Origin: Penicillus capitatus
Taxonomy: Eukaryota > Plantae > Chlorophyta
Assembly (NCBI GenBank): GCA_965649825.1
Contig: OZ287698.1
Location: 821,949 to 885,948 of the forward strand
Direction: 5' to 3'
DNA length: 64,000 nt
Each line of letters opens with the position of its first letter. Position 1 is the stretch's first letter. The translations under genes and the position numbers were made by a program. Positions 28,083-41,162 of this stretch are shown here, piece after piece. A model generated the notes under the pieces. The model searched no databases. It was not told the DNA's origin and worked only from the letters and a program-made list of their open reading frames with translations.

Positions 28083-31000
28083 TCATAAGTGATGATGTCT
28101 TGCAGAAGACGTTGGGCTGCGTTGATGTGTCGACACAGAGAAGGAGAGATCGTCACTCGCAGGTGTCTGATCTTCTCGAAGTCCCATGTCTGTCCTGAAG
28201 CGGAAAAACGTGCGCCAACGTTGTCTGAAACCCCAGCGTGGTGGATCGCGACGCATGGGACTGGAAGGAACGGAGACTGTGGGCTCAGATGAGAAATCGT
28301 TGGCATCGGTGGATTGTGGGGGGAATTCGAAACTCACGGCAGAGTCGGTGCCCCTATGTAAAGGCCGTGATTCTTCGGAACGTGGGGATGGTGTCGACTC
28401 CTCCTCGATCTCTGGGGTACGACTGCCAACGCACACCGTTATCAGTAAAAAGCAAAGAAAAAGAGAGCGTTGAGGAAAGAAACCTGAAACGCCGGGCCGA
28501 TCTATCGGGACGTCCAGAATTCTCACCCTCCGATTCTAGAAACACACCCGATCAATCTCCTGCCGGCGGTCATCGCGATCGATCGATCTCCTGCCGGCGG
28601 TCATCGCGATCGATCGATCTCCTGCCGGCGGTCATCGCGATCGATCGATCAATTCTTCTTACCGAGCATCCAATCCAAGGAGTGCAAAAGTGAGGAGCTA
28701 TCTCGCGATTGCAAAAGAGAAGAACTGTCGAGGCTTTTGGAGCTTCTGTGTTCTACGGGAGGAGGAGATGATGATGTGCCTGCACCGAAGGAACTCCACG
28801 GGACAGGATCGAAATCCAGGGTACTGCCTTCTTGAATAGGAAACAGTGGATTGTTCTGTAGGGGTTTCGTTGTAAGGGAACAGACGACAAAGGCAAAGAT
28901 GTATGTACCTCTTCGGGCGACGGCATCCGTCTCGATTGTCGTCGGTCGCCTGAGACATCGACGGTGCTGAGTGTCATTGCACGATGAGGAAAATTGAGCG
29001 ATGCATCCGAAGACGTCGATGCAAGGAAGGGTCGGTGCATAGGATTATCATGAAAATTACTTCCGTCCACCATCTCCGTCACTCCTATCGCCAACAACTC
29101 ACTCGATCGTTCATAATAGTATGGTATTCACTTCGGTTTGGAGTTGCCGGTACTTCCTGTGGCTCATTCTTTCCACCTACTGGAGCACCGCTGCTTCTAG
29201 AGAAGGACAAAGAGTTGGGAGAATTGAGAGATGTTTCCGAGGACGCACGCCGTCATGGTAGAAGGAGGAAAGTTCTCCGTTTCCGTCTCGGACCGCGATA
29301 TTCCGCTGCGTTTCACTGAATCTCCAGAAGGATCTGTACGCAGAGTGGACGGCAGATTCTGTGTAAAAAAGTTGTTGTCTGTTAGACTCAGATGCACCGC
29401 AGCGATCAGGGCAATGAAGATGATGAAGATCAGAATACCGAGCAGCGTTCCGACGACAACTCTGAACTGTTTCCGATCCTGGTTTCTACAAGACAGACAA
29501 ACAAGCTCCCAATTACAAAAGTCTGCTGCCTTTCCTTAAGCTGCCAACCTGTTTTTCTCCACCTCCATATCTTGTTGTGCAATGGTCCTAGGCACTTCGT
29601 CAGAATCGGACTGGTGAGGATCCATAGGAAGACAATGGCCGTTTCTCGGTTGAAAACCATCTGAGCAACGATCGCATGCCTCGCCACCATATCCCTCAAA
29701 ACAGGAACAGGATGCCATCCCCGCAAATGTACAGATGCCTTTGCCAGAGCACGCTTTTTCGGCAGTTCCGATGGAACTGTTTTCTCTTTCTGTGATCGGG
29801 CACTTGGCCATCACAAAAAAGCAATCCTCGATACCGATCCATTCAAAGTCGCCCCGATAGACTCCGGAGAACGACGTGCTCGGAATCATAATCGTTTCCC
29901 CAATTTCGCAGTAGCCGTTTCGCGGAACGGGTTTTCTTGACACATCCCCCAATTCAAAAGTCCTGTTTCCGCATCCACTGCTGGCGTAATCCAGATCTGG
30001 CAGTCTTTCTTCTATGATATCTTTCATGACACTGACGGGGCGATCGTGGTCGACGAGAGAACCCGGAATGAAGATAATCAACAGATCTGTCGTATTACTG
30101 AAGTGGATCCTTCGATTCTCCGCTCCCTGTAACAACAGCTTCTCCCCATCTCTTGATATCGGTCGGATGTGTTTACCTCTTTCATGACAATCGTCTTCTT
30201 CGCGAGATTGTTCACACAGGTGTTCGTTATTGGACGAGCGCCAGGAGGATTGTTCACATTAAGCTCTACTCTGAATTCGCAAGACACACCAAATCCATCG
30301 CACACACCACACTCATCGATGTTCCCGCTCGTACAGCAGAATCCATTGGCGTCAAGAGTCGTCTGTAAACAGCAAAGAAATAAAAAGGCAGAAACGATGA
30401 AGGTGGGTGGATGGGATCTACATTGCAGCACGATCCAAACGCATCTACGAATACAGCACTTCCTCCACAGCGCCCACAGACGTCAACCTCTTGCTCGCAG
30501 CAGTTGCCATCGGCATCAAGCTTCGCGCCCAGAGGACAGCAACTATAGTTGAAATCGTATATCCCAGACTCGCAACACTTTCCTGGACACACATAACAAA
30601 AACTGTTCTCGTCAAAAGGGATGGCACTCTTTGCCCAGGACAGACCAGTTATTCGCAGTTGACTGTCTTTACAGCTCGGATCTTCAGTGATGTTAATATT
30701 CATTCGTTTCTCGCAGTCTTTGCCTTTGAATCCTCTGTGGCAGACACAATCACCTTTCAGGCAATAACCATTGCCTACAAGAAAATAAAGCGATCTGTGT
30801 GAGCATGTATGCATATGGTGAACGAGAGTGCCTGAGCAATTTCGTTGCCGGCAGCTGGAATCCTCCTCCACCAGAAGCCGCCGTGATGTTTCGTGCTCAC
30901 TGCACGTGCAGCGCCTTTCCGTTGCTGGACGGGGAAGAGAGAGGCTCTTGCATGTCGCAAGCTTCAGTGTGCGATCAGGGTCATCTGTGGAGACACAGAC

Positions 31001-33346
31001 CAGACTACGTGTCTGTATATTCCGTTCACAATCGCAGTTCTGCCACGACGTCGGGAGATAGATCAACGAATTGCACTGCCTTGGATCACATGGCAGCTGA
31101 TTGGGTTCTAGGATCAATGATGAACACAGTTCTTCTGATGTTGGAAACAGAGAGCCATCTTGTAGTTGTTCATAGCAGTCAAATTTTCTCGTTCGTGAAC
31201 CTACAGTTCAACAGAGTGGTCCTTGGCAAAGAATACGACGGAGAATGACGGACATGTGTTGTTTCGCAGCTGGCAACTGGACCAGTCTTTGAACTGATAG
31301 GTGTATTGTCCATTGCAACTGTCGTCGATTCGTGTGGATGGACACACTTGTGATGATCGTTCCTTCTCGATGGCAGGACACAGTGTAGATTCGACAGGCA
31401 GTCCCGATGCCATCGATCGACATATCACGAATCTCTCCTGCCAAGGAGCAACACAGAACGAATGCTTGCGATCGAGGACGGCAACATCCACACCTGAATT
31501 CTTCGCCCGAATTCTGGTTGATTACAGGGTTGTCGACAGGGCATCCAGGGCGCAGTGTAGATTTCGAAGTTCGCAGATGGAGGTCGAGAAGGAGGACGAT
31601 CCTTATCCAATTGCACTGGACTTGAAACAATCTCATCATTGTCTTGATCAATAACGGGTATCTGGAGTGCTGGATCAGGAGATAGGAAGGCGGGATCGCT
31701 ATCTTCTGTAACTGGATTCGTCTTTTGAAGCTGAGAGGATTCCGTAGCGTTCGTATCTGTGTCCGTAGAAACGGAAATAACGGCTGGCCGCGGGCTTCGG
31801 TCCTCGATGTCGTCTACATCATACACCCCATAGTGTTCGTCAACATCATCGTCGTCATAATCGGCCCCGCCCTCTTTCTCTGCGATCTCGTCTTCTTTGT
31901 CTGTTTTCGATGTCCCTTCAACGACTGCTTTGTCTATCTTCTTTGTTTCTTCCTCGGACAGAGTGGCTTTGCCCTCTGACTTCTGCCCCTTCTCTTTCTT
32001 TGGCCTCTTTGCTTCTGGTTTAGTAAGAAGCTCTTCTGTTTCCAGTTTGCCTGTCGTGTCTTGTTGCTGCCTCTCTGATGGTTTGTCTCTCTTTTTCTTC
32101 TTTTCCTCTACCGCGAGCTTTCCTTTTCTCGTTTCTTCCTTTTCAGTGTCTGAAGATATTTCCTCGGGTTCGATGCCATAACGTGCTCGAAACAGACAAG
32201 AGTCTGTTCGAAATGCAACGCTGCAGGATTCCACACAGCTGCCGAATTTTGCCCATCTGTAACCAGGATCGTCGATTTCCAAAATGCCTCCACAGTTCCA
32301 CATCTGAGAATCCTAGATCCGTCTGCATTCGCTCATGATCCCATCCAGCCTTACGACTCACCGTAGAAAACGTACATGAAGATTCTTTAACGACTTTGAC
32401 GGACTTCGACTTAATGGAGGCGGCACAGTTGTTATAAAGACAGATCATATCAAAACAACCATCTCCAAGGTTTCGCATTTGCATATGGTTCTTGACAGGT
32501 TCGACGACGAGACACGTTGTGAGATCACGATCAGTATCAGAGCAGACTGGACGACACCCCCTTCCACTGCCTTGTGAATTCTGTAGAAGCATATCACTCT
32601 TACATACAGCTGGACACGAAAGTGGTCGGTCGTCTGTACCTCGGTGTATGTAAGCATTTCACCTCTGTCCACTATTCTACAGTCACAGACAAACTCCGAT
32701 GCTACAGTGCCGTCTCCACATTCTCCTGCACGACATACAGACGTCAACAACGTCCTGCATCTCGACCTGGATGTTATGCCAAATGAGATGGTGACGTGAT
32801 TTGGTGTCTCGAACTGAGGAAAGATCTCGCAAGAAAGGCTTTGAGGCTCACAGGATTGAGTGCATAATCCGTTCGTTAAGATATCGAGTGTGATTGGATC
32901 CACAGATACATTTTCGCAATCCCAAATTCTTCTTATCTACGAGACACTCCCTCATCATTCCCGTTGTCATATCTCAGTCTTGGGCACTTCGTTGTACGTG
33001 CATGGAGCGCTCGTCACTTGCTGAAACAAATCCGTTCCCACATTCACTCCGCAGCCCATGTACATACAAGTATGCCACTGAGGTGCATTCTGTTGATTGC
33101 AGCTCGGCGTTGTAGGCACTGCCACGAAAGACAGACAGTCTCTTAGAAAAGAGTGAGCGACGTCAAAAGAGTGCCGATGCCTGACTGCATTAGATGTCTG
33201 TTTGACGTCGCTGAGTGGAAGCTGCTCCATCCCAGTTCAGGGTCACCGGCAGAGTTCACGACGTAATAAGACGACGAGACTGCTGTGAAGGCCAAAACGA
33301 CGCCACACAGGAAACAGACAAGAATCCTCCGGCATTTCTGAACCAT
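28083..33346 (-). CDS. Paralog C: type-I membrane protein, 2 Cys modules - K/E-rich spacer - 3xTSP1 - RRLL - EGF/Cys repeats - EGF - TM - long tail
   Basis: Signal peptide MVQKCRRILVCFLCGVVLAFTAVSS; TAPWMPCRQPC, KDWSSCQ, TSWQNCDC; SRRLLV; DECGVCDGFGVSC; CSGKGIC..CSCFEGYGGEAC; TM VVVGTLLGILIFIIFIALIAAV; tail exons to TGA 28083. One tail junction near 29090 is unresolved. Confidence 0.8.
28549..28652. repeat. 31-bp GATC-rich minisatellite inside an intron of paralog C
   Basis: TCTCCTGCCGGCGGTCATCGCGATCGATCGA x3; lies between minus-strand donor GTAAG (~28663) and acceptor CAG (~28423). Confidence 0.92.
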
Positions 33347-33713
33347 TCTCTTAGTTTTCAGCCGCCCGAATCTTATTCGTTATGGTATGGAGCTTTGCGG
33401 TGCGAAGAAGACAAGATATGCGTCGTGATGGTAAATTTTCAGAGCAACCGCCAGAGTTTATAGGTGGCTGAGACAAGAAATCATGCTTCTTCCTAAGCGT
33501 CGAACGATGAAAGCGTGTCGTACTCCTCCTAACCGTCTACCGCTCGACCCGCGGCCAAGAAGCGTTGTCCACCACGCGCCGCCGATTCCCGTCATTTCTC
33601 CCGTTGGCTGACCCTCTTTGGCGGCAGTCGACTGGCTGACAACATTCACTGAGTTGACTCGCTCAGGCTTGTGGCATTCAGGGTATCACGTTGAATACAT
33701 GCGTCCTTGGACG

Positions 33714-36700
33714 ATGTCTCCCAAAATGCAACTGTGGATAAGCCTCCTCATAACCGTTCTCTGTCTGTTCTCCAACGCAAAGGCTGTTGGCATCACGGGC
33801 AAGGGTACCGCCATGAGACCAGACAGACAGACTTGTACATTGATGCTTCTACAGTGCCGAATGACTGTTCCACGAGTGACAAACACCTGTGCGGTTGCCA
33901 AATCGTGCCGGCGAGTAAGGTCCAGAGTTTGGAGGAGGTACGCATTGACCATTTCTGACGCGTCGGAACACGTTCGTCGTGTTGCAGCTCTTTCAACAGT
34001 CTTTGGGATGCACACCGTTCTGCACCCAGACGAGTTGCCGCCAGACTTGCGCGAATAGTGCATGCGCATTCGCCATGGGCTCTATGGGACAATTGTGTGC
34101 CGCCGTCATAGACCAAGCGCATATCGATTTTGTTCGTTCCGCGAGCTGCTCGTACGATACGGTAGGACACAGAATGACGAGCTCGGTTTGACAACATTGT
34201 CATGGGTTAGGGAATGCGTGTATACAAGTGCATGCAAGGCAGCTCAGTTGCCGTTTTGGACGAACAGACGTACAAAGCGATCAGTTCTGGGTATTGCATT
34301 CCTGTGTGCTCATTGGATGCCAATCGGATTCGTTGCAAATTCGAAGCGAGAATTCGATCGGATTCGTCCATTTCCGCCGCCGATTTGACGACGTCTCCCT
34401 TCACGGCCATTAGCGGAGCGGACTTTAAACACATGACCTTTACAAAGACGACCTATCATTCAGAAAGTGCCGCAGAAGGTGTCTCGACATCGACATCCAG
34501 TCACACAACAGCGAAGCCTGTGTCTCATACGACAACGGCACCGTCGCATGTTTACCCATCGCATGGGTCAGAGAAGCATACATCGACGATAGAAGGATCA
34601 GAATACTCCGAATCGCAGACAGAACATTCGGTAGAAACGACAAGAGGGGCGTCCTCCACCTGTGAGAGTGATACGAAGCTCTGTGGATGTCAAGCGGTAC
34701 CATCAGATGTGTTACCAGAGTTGGATGACGTGCGTTGTACTTGTGGTCGATCCCTGATTGACTGTTGTGTTTCGACGTAGCTCTTTGAGACGACACTCCC
34801 TTGCGGGGATCTTTGTTCGCAAACGAGCTGCAGTCAGTCATGTTCCGAAAGTGTCTGCGCACATCGTATGGGCTCTCAGGGGCAATTCTGTGCTGCCGTC
34901 GTCGATCATTCGATGGTGGATTTCGTTCGTTCGGCAAGCTGCTCCTACCATACCGTATGTCTATTCAAAGAGTCGTCTGTTGCTGAGCTGGTGACGGTGT
35001 AGGGCATGCGGGTTCAGAAATGCGTAAAGGGATCGTCTGTGGCCTATCCAGACGAGCAAACGTATCATGCTATTACTAATGGCTACTGCATTCCCTATTG
35101 CGGTTTGAACACTGATGGTATTCACTGCAAATTCGAAGCCAGATTTAGAAAGAAGTCATCATTTCAGTCAGCTGATTTGGCGACGGCGCCGTTTACCATC
35201 ATCAGCGGCGTCGATTTCAAACACATGCAGACACTTCAGACTGCAGGAGCCAGCTCTGCCAGTTGCACTGAGAGTGACACACAGCTTTGCGGATGCCAGA
35301 TCATTTCAACGTCACAGTTGTCGGAATTGGAGAAGAAGGTAGACTTGGTACATATGCTGTTATCCAGTCAAAGAGGCTTTTTTGGGATTCAGGTTTTCAA
35401 ACAGTCCCTTCCATGCACACCATTCTGCTCACAAGCAAGCTGCAGTCAGTCCTGCGATCGCAGTGCATGTGCCGTCTCAATGGGCCCGCAAGGATCGCTC
35501 TGTGTTGGCGTGGTCGATCAGGCAATGATCGATTTCGTTCGTTCGGCCAACTGTGCCTACGACGAGGTTTGATCATCATGGGGCGATGTTCTCGATAAAC
35601 GAATGCCGCTTTAGGGCATGCGCGTTCAAAAATGCGTCAAGGGATCGTCTGTGGCTTATCCAGATGAGCAGACACACGCAGCCATCACCAAAGGCCATTG
35701 CATCCCTTCGTGCAATCTCGATATAGGCGCTATAAAGTGCACATTCGATACACGATTCAGAGATGAGACATCTATCCAAGCATCAGACTTGATGACTGCC
35801 CCCTTCACCATGATCACGGGCATGGATTTCAAACACATGCAGACTGTTCGGACAACCGAGACGATAGCGGGGACAACTGAAGGAACCGGAACAATTTATG
35901 CTTCTGAGCAGACAGGTAGGACGACCGTCGTCACATTTGTGATCGCGACAGTAGAAAACGAAGGAATGGTTATAGGCGCCGGACAGGCTGGCGCATCTTC
36001 TCAAACTGCTAGCAGTACGACAACGACAACCAAAACAGCTTATGGAACAGTCGAAGCAGCAGAGGGAGAAGCAGTCGGTACTGGGGTGGTAGGACAGACA
36101 TCAACTGCGCAGCAGACGACCACAGCTGGCTCTGTTAGCTGCGAAAGCGGTAAACAGATATGCGGATGTCAATTAGTGCCTACCAGTGAAATGTCGAGGT
36201 TAGAAAAGGTGACCGCACTTTCACTTGTGCAACACGACAGTGGTGTGACCATGACTGATTGCATCACAGGTGTTCAAACAAGATCTTTCGTGCACGGCAT
36301 ACTGTTCGGAGACAACCTGTAGCCAAACGTGTGAGCGAAGCGCATGCGCCGTGTCGATGGGACCAAAAGGATCGCTGTGTGTTGGCTTCGTTTCTCATGC
36401 AATGATTGACTTCGTTCGCTCAGCCAATTGCGCATATGACCAAGTTCGACCAGCAAGGAGAAAAATTGATCAAAGAGGATGATTCTCTAGGGTATGCGGG
36501 TTGAAAAATGTACCAAGGGGTCGTCTGTGGCCTATCCAGATGAGCAGACACATACAGCAATCACGAAGGGTTATTGTATTCCTGCCTGCGACCTTGATGA
36601 AAACGTCATACAATGCAAGTTTGAAGCGCGCTTCAGGGATGAGACGTCTGTTCAGCCGACAGATTTGACATCTGCTCCTTTTACCATTATCAGTAGTGTT

Positions 36701-39700
36701 GATTTTCAGCACCTAAAGACTGTAGAGACAGCGGAGACGTCTGCCGCCGCAACAAAACATCAAAAAACCATTTCAACTGTGTCCGAAGAGACTACGAAAG
36801 CAGAACCTGAGCAGGAAGGAACGATTCTGCCAGAGACAAAAGAATCGACTGCAAAGGTCACTGAATATCCACAGACAACGGAGAAAGAGACGCCCAAAAC
36901 GAAAATAGTTAAGAAGGAAGCGACAAAACGAGCCGAAACAGTCAAGAAAGAACAGACGACTCCAGTTGTTACAGTAGAAGAGACTGAGATAAGTGAAGAG
37001 GCGGCGGGTATCAAAACAGCAAAGGCGACAACTAAGGAGACAATCGATGTGGTCAAAACAGAAGAAAAGATTGATGTAGGCGAGGGAAGAGAAGTCATTG
37101 AAACCAAAGTGGAAGAAGCGACTAAGGAGAAACCTGCGAAAAAAGGAAAGAAAAAGACAATCAAGAAAAAAAGATCCAAGACAGAAACAGAAGAAACCAT
37201 CGGCATCGGGGAGGGAGAAGAAGAGGCCGAGCTGATCGGCATCGGAGAGGGCGAGGCTGCGGAAACCAAGACAGTGAAGACAGAGAAACCATCGACCAAA
37301 GGAAAGTCGTCGACGATCGTCGCAGAAACAACTGTCGAAGAGAAAGAAGAAAAAGCCATCGGCATCGGAGAGGGAGAAGAAGAGGCCGAGCTGATCGGCA
37401 TCGGAGAGGGCGAGGCTGCGGAAACCAAGACAGCGAAGACAGAGAAACCATCGACCAAAGGAAAGTCGTCAACGATCGTCAAGGAGACTGAAAAACAGAA
37501 AGAAGCCATCGGCATCGGAGAGGGAGAAGAAGAGGCCGAGCTGATCGGCATCGGAGAGGGCGAGGCTGCGGAAACCAAGACAGCGAAGACAGAGAAACCA
37601 TCGACCAAAGGAAAGTCGTCAACGATCGTCAAGGAGACTGAAAAACAGGAAGAAGCCATCGGCATCGGAGAGGGAGAAGAAGAGGCCGAGCTAATCGGCA
37701 TCGGAGAGGGCGAGGCTGCGGAAACCAAGACAGCGAAGACAGAGAAACCATCGACCAAAGGAAAGTCGTCAACGATCGTCAAGGAGACTGAAAAACAGAA
37801 AGAAGCCATCGGCATCGGAGAGGGAGAAGAAGAGGCCGAGCTGATCGGCATCGGAGAGGGCGAGGCTGCGGAAACCAAGACAGCGAAGACAGAGAAACCA
37901 TCGACCAAAGGAAAGTCGTCAACGATCGTCAAGGAGACTGAAAAACAGGAAGAAGCCATCGGCATCGGAGAGGGAGAAGAAGAGGCCGAGCTGATCGGCA
38001 TCGGAGAGGGCGAGGCTGCGGAAACCAAGACAGCGAAGACAGAGAAACCATCGACCAAAGGAAAGTCGTCAACGATCGTCAAGGAGACTGAAAAACAGGA
38101 AGAAGCCATCGGCATCGGAGAGGGAGAAGAAGAGGCCGAGCTGATCGGCATCGGAGAGGGCGAGGCTGCGGAAACCAAGACAGCGAAGACAGAGAAACCA
38201 TCGACCAAAGGAAAGTCGTCAACGATCATCACAGAAACAACTGTCGAGGAGAAAGAAGAGGCCGAACTGATCGGTATCGGAGAGGGCGAGGCTGCGGAAA
38301 CCAAGACAGCGAAGACAGAGAAACCATCGACCAAAGGAAAGTCGTCAACGATCATCACAGAAACAACTGTCGGGGAGAAAGAAGAGGCCGAACTGATCGG
38401 TATCGGAGAGGGCGAGGCTGAGAAGACCGAAAAAGGAAAGGAACAAAAATCGACGACTGAGCAAGAGAAAGTCGAAACATTATCGACCAAAGAGATTCAT
38501 GGGAAAGGAGAGACATCTGAAACAACAGCCACATCCACAAAAGAAAAGGCTGTTGGCAAAGAAGAGTCCAAAGGAGCACATGGCTCAGCGACGTCTACTA
38601 CGACTGTTACGACCACAGAATCTGAAGAGATACTTGAGGAAGCAGTGGGAACAGAAACGAAAGCCTCTCACGGAAAAGGGGAGAAAGCTGAGGAATCAGA
38701 ATCATACCGTGCTAGCAAACATTCAGAAGTAAAGGAGATTGAGACACCAAGCAAAGAAAGTCGTCCATCTACAAAGGCCAAGTCTGAAAAGTCAGCAGAG
38801 TCGTCCGAAGGACTTTCGGAATCGGCGACAGAGACAATCACGGTTACTGAAACTGTGGTCTCCGAGGAATTCGGCGAAGTCACACCTACTGGGCCATCGA
38901 AGACAGAGAAAGAGGTTTCTACGACGAAGGCAGAAGCCGGAGAATCGGCAAAGTCCTCAGAGACATCTGCTAAGGGGACATCCTCTAAAGGTTCCACATC
39001 ATCGGAATCAAAGACGACGACAAAGGTAGTAACCAAAGTGACGGAAGAAACCGAAAGAGCTGGTCATCAGAAACCTGGCGCTGGGGGCAGTTCGTCCGAA
39101 GGAACCACCACGATCACCACCGAAGAAGTCGAAATGAAAGGAGTCGGCAAGAAAGAAAAGGTACCTGAAGAAGAAGGATCCACTACCGTAAAGGTTGAAG
39201 AGATCACCTATAAAGAGACCGAGGAAGGTGAAGGTGTGGGTACAAAAACAAAACAGCCCGTTACTGTGGGACCACCGCCCAATGAGAACACCTTGTACTA
39301 TGGTCCTTATGACGAATGTCCTCAACTCTGTTCCGAAGCTGGGGAAGTCTATCAGGTGCGAGTGGCTTCGCTTTGAAGAATCTTATACTCAGATGTGTGA
39401 TGCCTTGATAGGAAAGATCGATTATCTGCCAAGACTATGCAGGCTTGCCGGTTCCATTCGAAAAGTGTGATATGCCAGAAGATGTGTACGCACAGTTCTA
39501 CAAGAGATGCGCAACGAAGAAATGTGGACCCAGCTTCTACATGGTACTTTCAGACTGGTCAAGCTGCAGCAAGACTTGCGCTGTGGTTATGGATGACGGT
39601 AAGAAATGATATGCAGTACAAAGAGTGAGATTGAGCGACGTGTTAGGCACCGTCATTCCGAACAGAAAGTATCGGGATTACGATTGCCGACGAGGTAAAG

Positions 39701-41162
39701 ATGGCGCAGCAGCTGAGAAGGGAGAATGCGACAAGCTCTACGACAAACTATTGCCATCGCTCCGAGGAGACTGCAATTCTGCACCTTGTGTCTTATACGG
39801 TTACAAGAGATACAACTGGGGAGTGTGCAGCTGTGATGAATGGAGTGAGAAGCGCACTGTGAAATGCACAAACGTGAACGATGGCAGTCTTGTGGCAACG
39901 TCCTACTGCAAGGCTTCCAGAGTCGTCCTTCCTGAAAAGGAACGTGCCTGCTTCCCTGACAAGTGCTTCAAATCTGGATCGCGCAAAGACCTCGACGCAG
40001 ACTACTGCCAATTTTCTAGCTGCTCAAGTACAGCTCCACTTTTATTGTTTAGTCATATTTGGATTGTTTTCTTATCCAGAGGGAAAAGGAAAATGCGAGA
40101 AGCAGAAGTGCACGTGCGATTGGGGATTTGAAGGTCCTGATTGCCAACAGGACAAGCGCGATCAGCCCGAATGCCCCTTACCTTCTCTATTCGATAAAGA
40201 AGGGAAGTGCTGCAAGTCTGGTGTATTCGATTTCGAAGGCAACTGCTGCGAAGGATCCAGTGACGAAGTGGAAATCGATGCCCAAGGTAAATGCTGTGTC
40301 GGAAAGAAACTCAATGCTGCCGGATCCTGCACCGACAAACCAAATTTCGTCGATGTTTCCGGAAGACTCTGCCCCGTACGTCTGTCTCCCTTCGATCGAT
40401 CCATCGCCCTAAAACCGTCAACAATGATGCGTAGGCATTGGACGCTGCTGGAAGGTGTTGCTTGAGTGGTGCCGTCGATGAGTGCGGCATCTGTGATGGT
40501 GGTGGCCTGACATGCAAATCCACCATTCAGTTCGACGTTAAAGCGAACCAGGAAGACTCTCTCGATGATTGCGCCGATGAACTGCGCAGCATCGTCGAAG
40601 ATGTGTATGACGTCCAGCAGGTAAAGTTTGCATCTCACTCGTAGGTCACACATTTTGCATATAGGGAACGAGATTTTCGGAAATGAGGATTAAGACGAAA
40701 GCTATTCGATTTATGAAAACCGGTATGGGGATCAGTTCTGGACACGCGTGGTATAAAGCGACGACCCTTCTTAAGACCAAGAATCTGGATTCCTGCAAGG
40801 TCTTGAGCGTGTCTGCAAAGAAAGTGCCCATTTGTGGAAATGGCTATTGCGAGATTGGCGAATTCGAAAGTTGCTCGAAGGATTGCTCCTTCGACTTCAA
40901 ACGCTGCGAGATGCAACGAAATCGCAATGGTCAGGCCGTGATGTGCAATGGCCATGGCACGTGCCTGTTATCGAGCGATCCCAAGTGTCAGTGCTTCGTC
41001 GGATACACAGGCGACCATTGCGAGAACTGCGAAGACGGATTTGTGTCAAACGAAGGCGACACACGCTGTATTCCGGGCGAAGCTTTTGCGAACAGACCGA
41101 AGGCAAAGAGTGCTGCAAACTCTGTCTTCTGGCGTCAGTTGCTGAACCGCGTTCATTACTAG
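33714..41162 (+). CDS. Paralog D: secreted, 4 Cys modules - giant E/K/T repeat spacer - 3xTSP1 - EGF/Cys repeats - EGF, no TM found
   Basis: Signal peptide MSPKMQLWISLLITVLCLFSNAKA; four tandem Cys modules with identical intron pattern; 960-aa open exon with 50-aa repeats; YGPYDECPQLC, SDWSSCSKTC, YNWGVCSC; DECGICDGGGLTC; CNGHGTC..CQCFVGYTGDHC; stop after ...RQLLNRVHY. Confidence 0.85.
37195..38420 (+). repeat. Coding 150-bp tandem array (50-aa IGIGEGEEEAELIGIGEGEAAETKTAKTEKPSTKGKSSTIVKETEKQxEA) in paralog D
   Basis: Unit starts at 37351, 37501, 37651, 37801, 37951 and 38101, nearly identical, plus flanking partial or variant units. Confidence 0.97.

Noticed and set aside
36760-38490. 576-aa minus-strand ORF (and similar ones at 45593-46850, 21650-22528, 17369-17588)
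   Set aside because: Antisense or off-frame shadows of the coding tandem repeats; the sense frame joins signal peptide and TSP1 exons.
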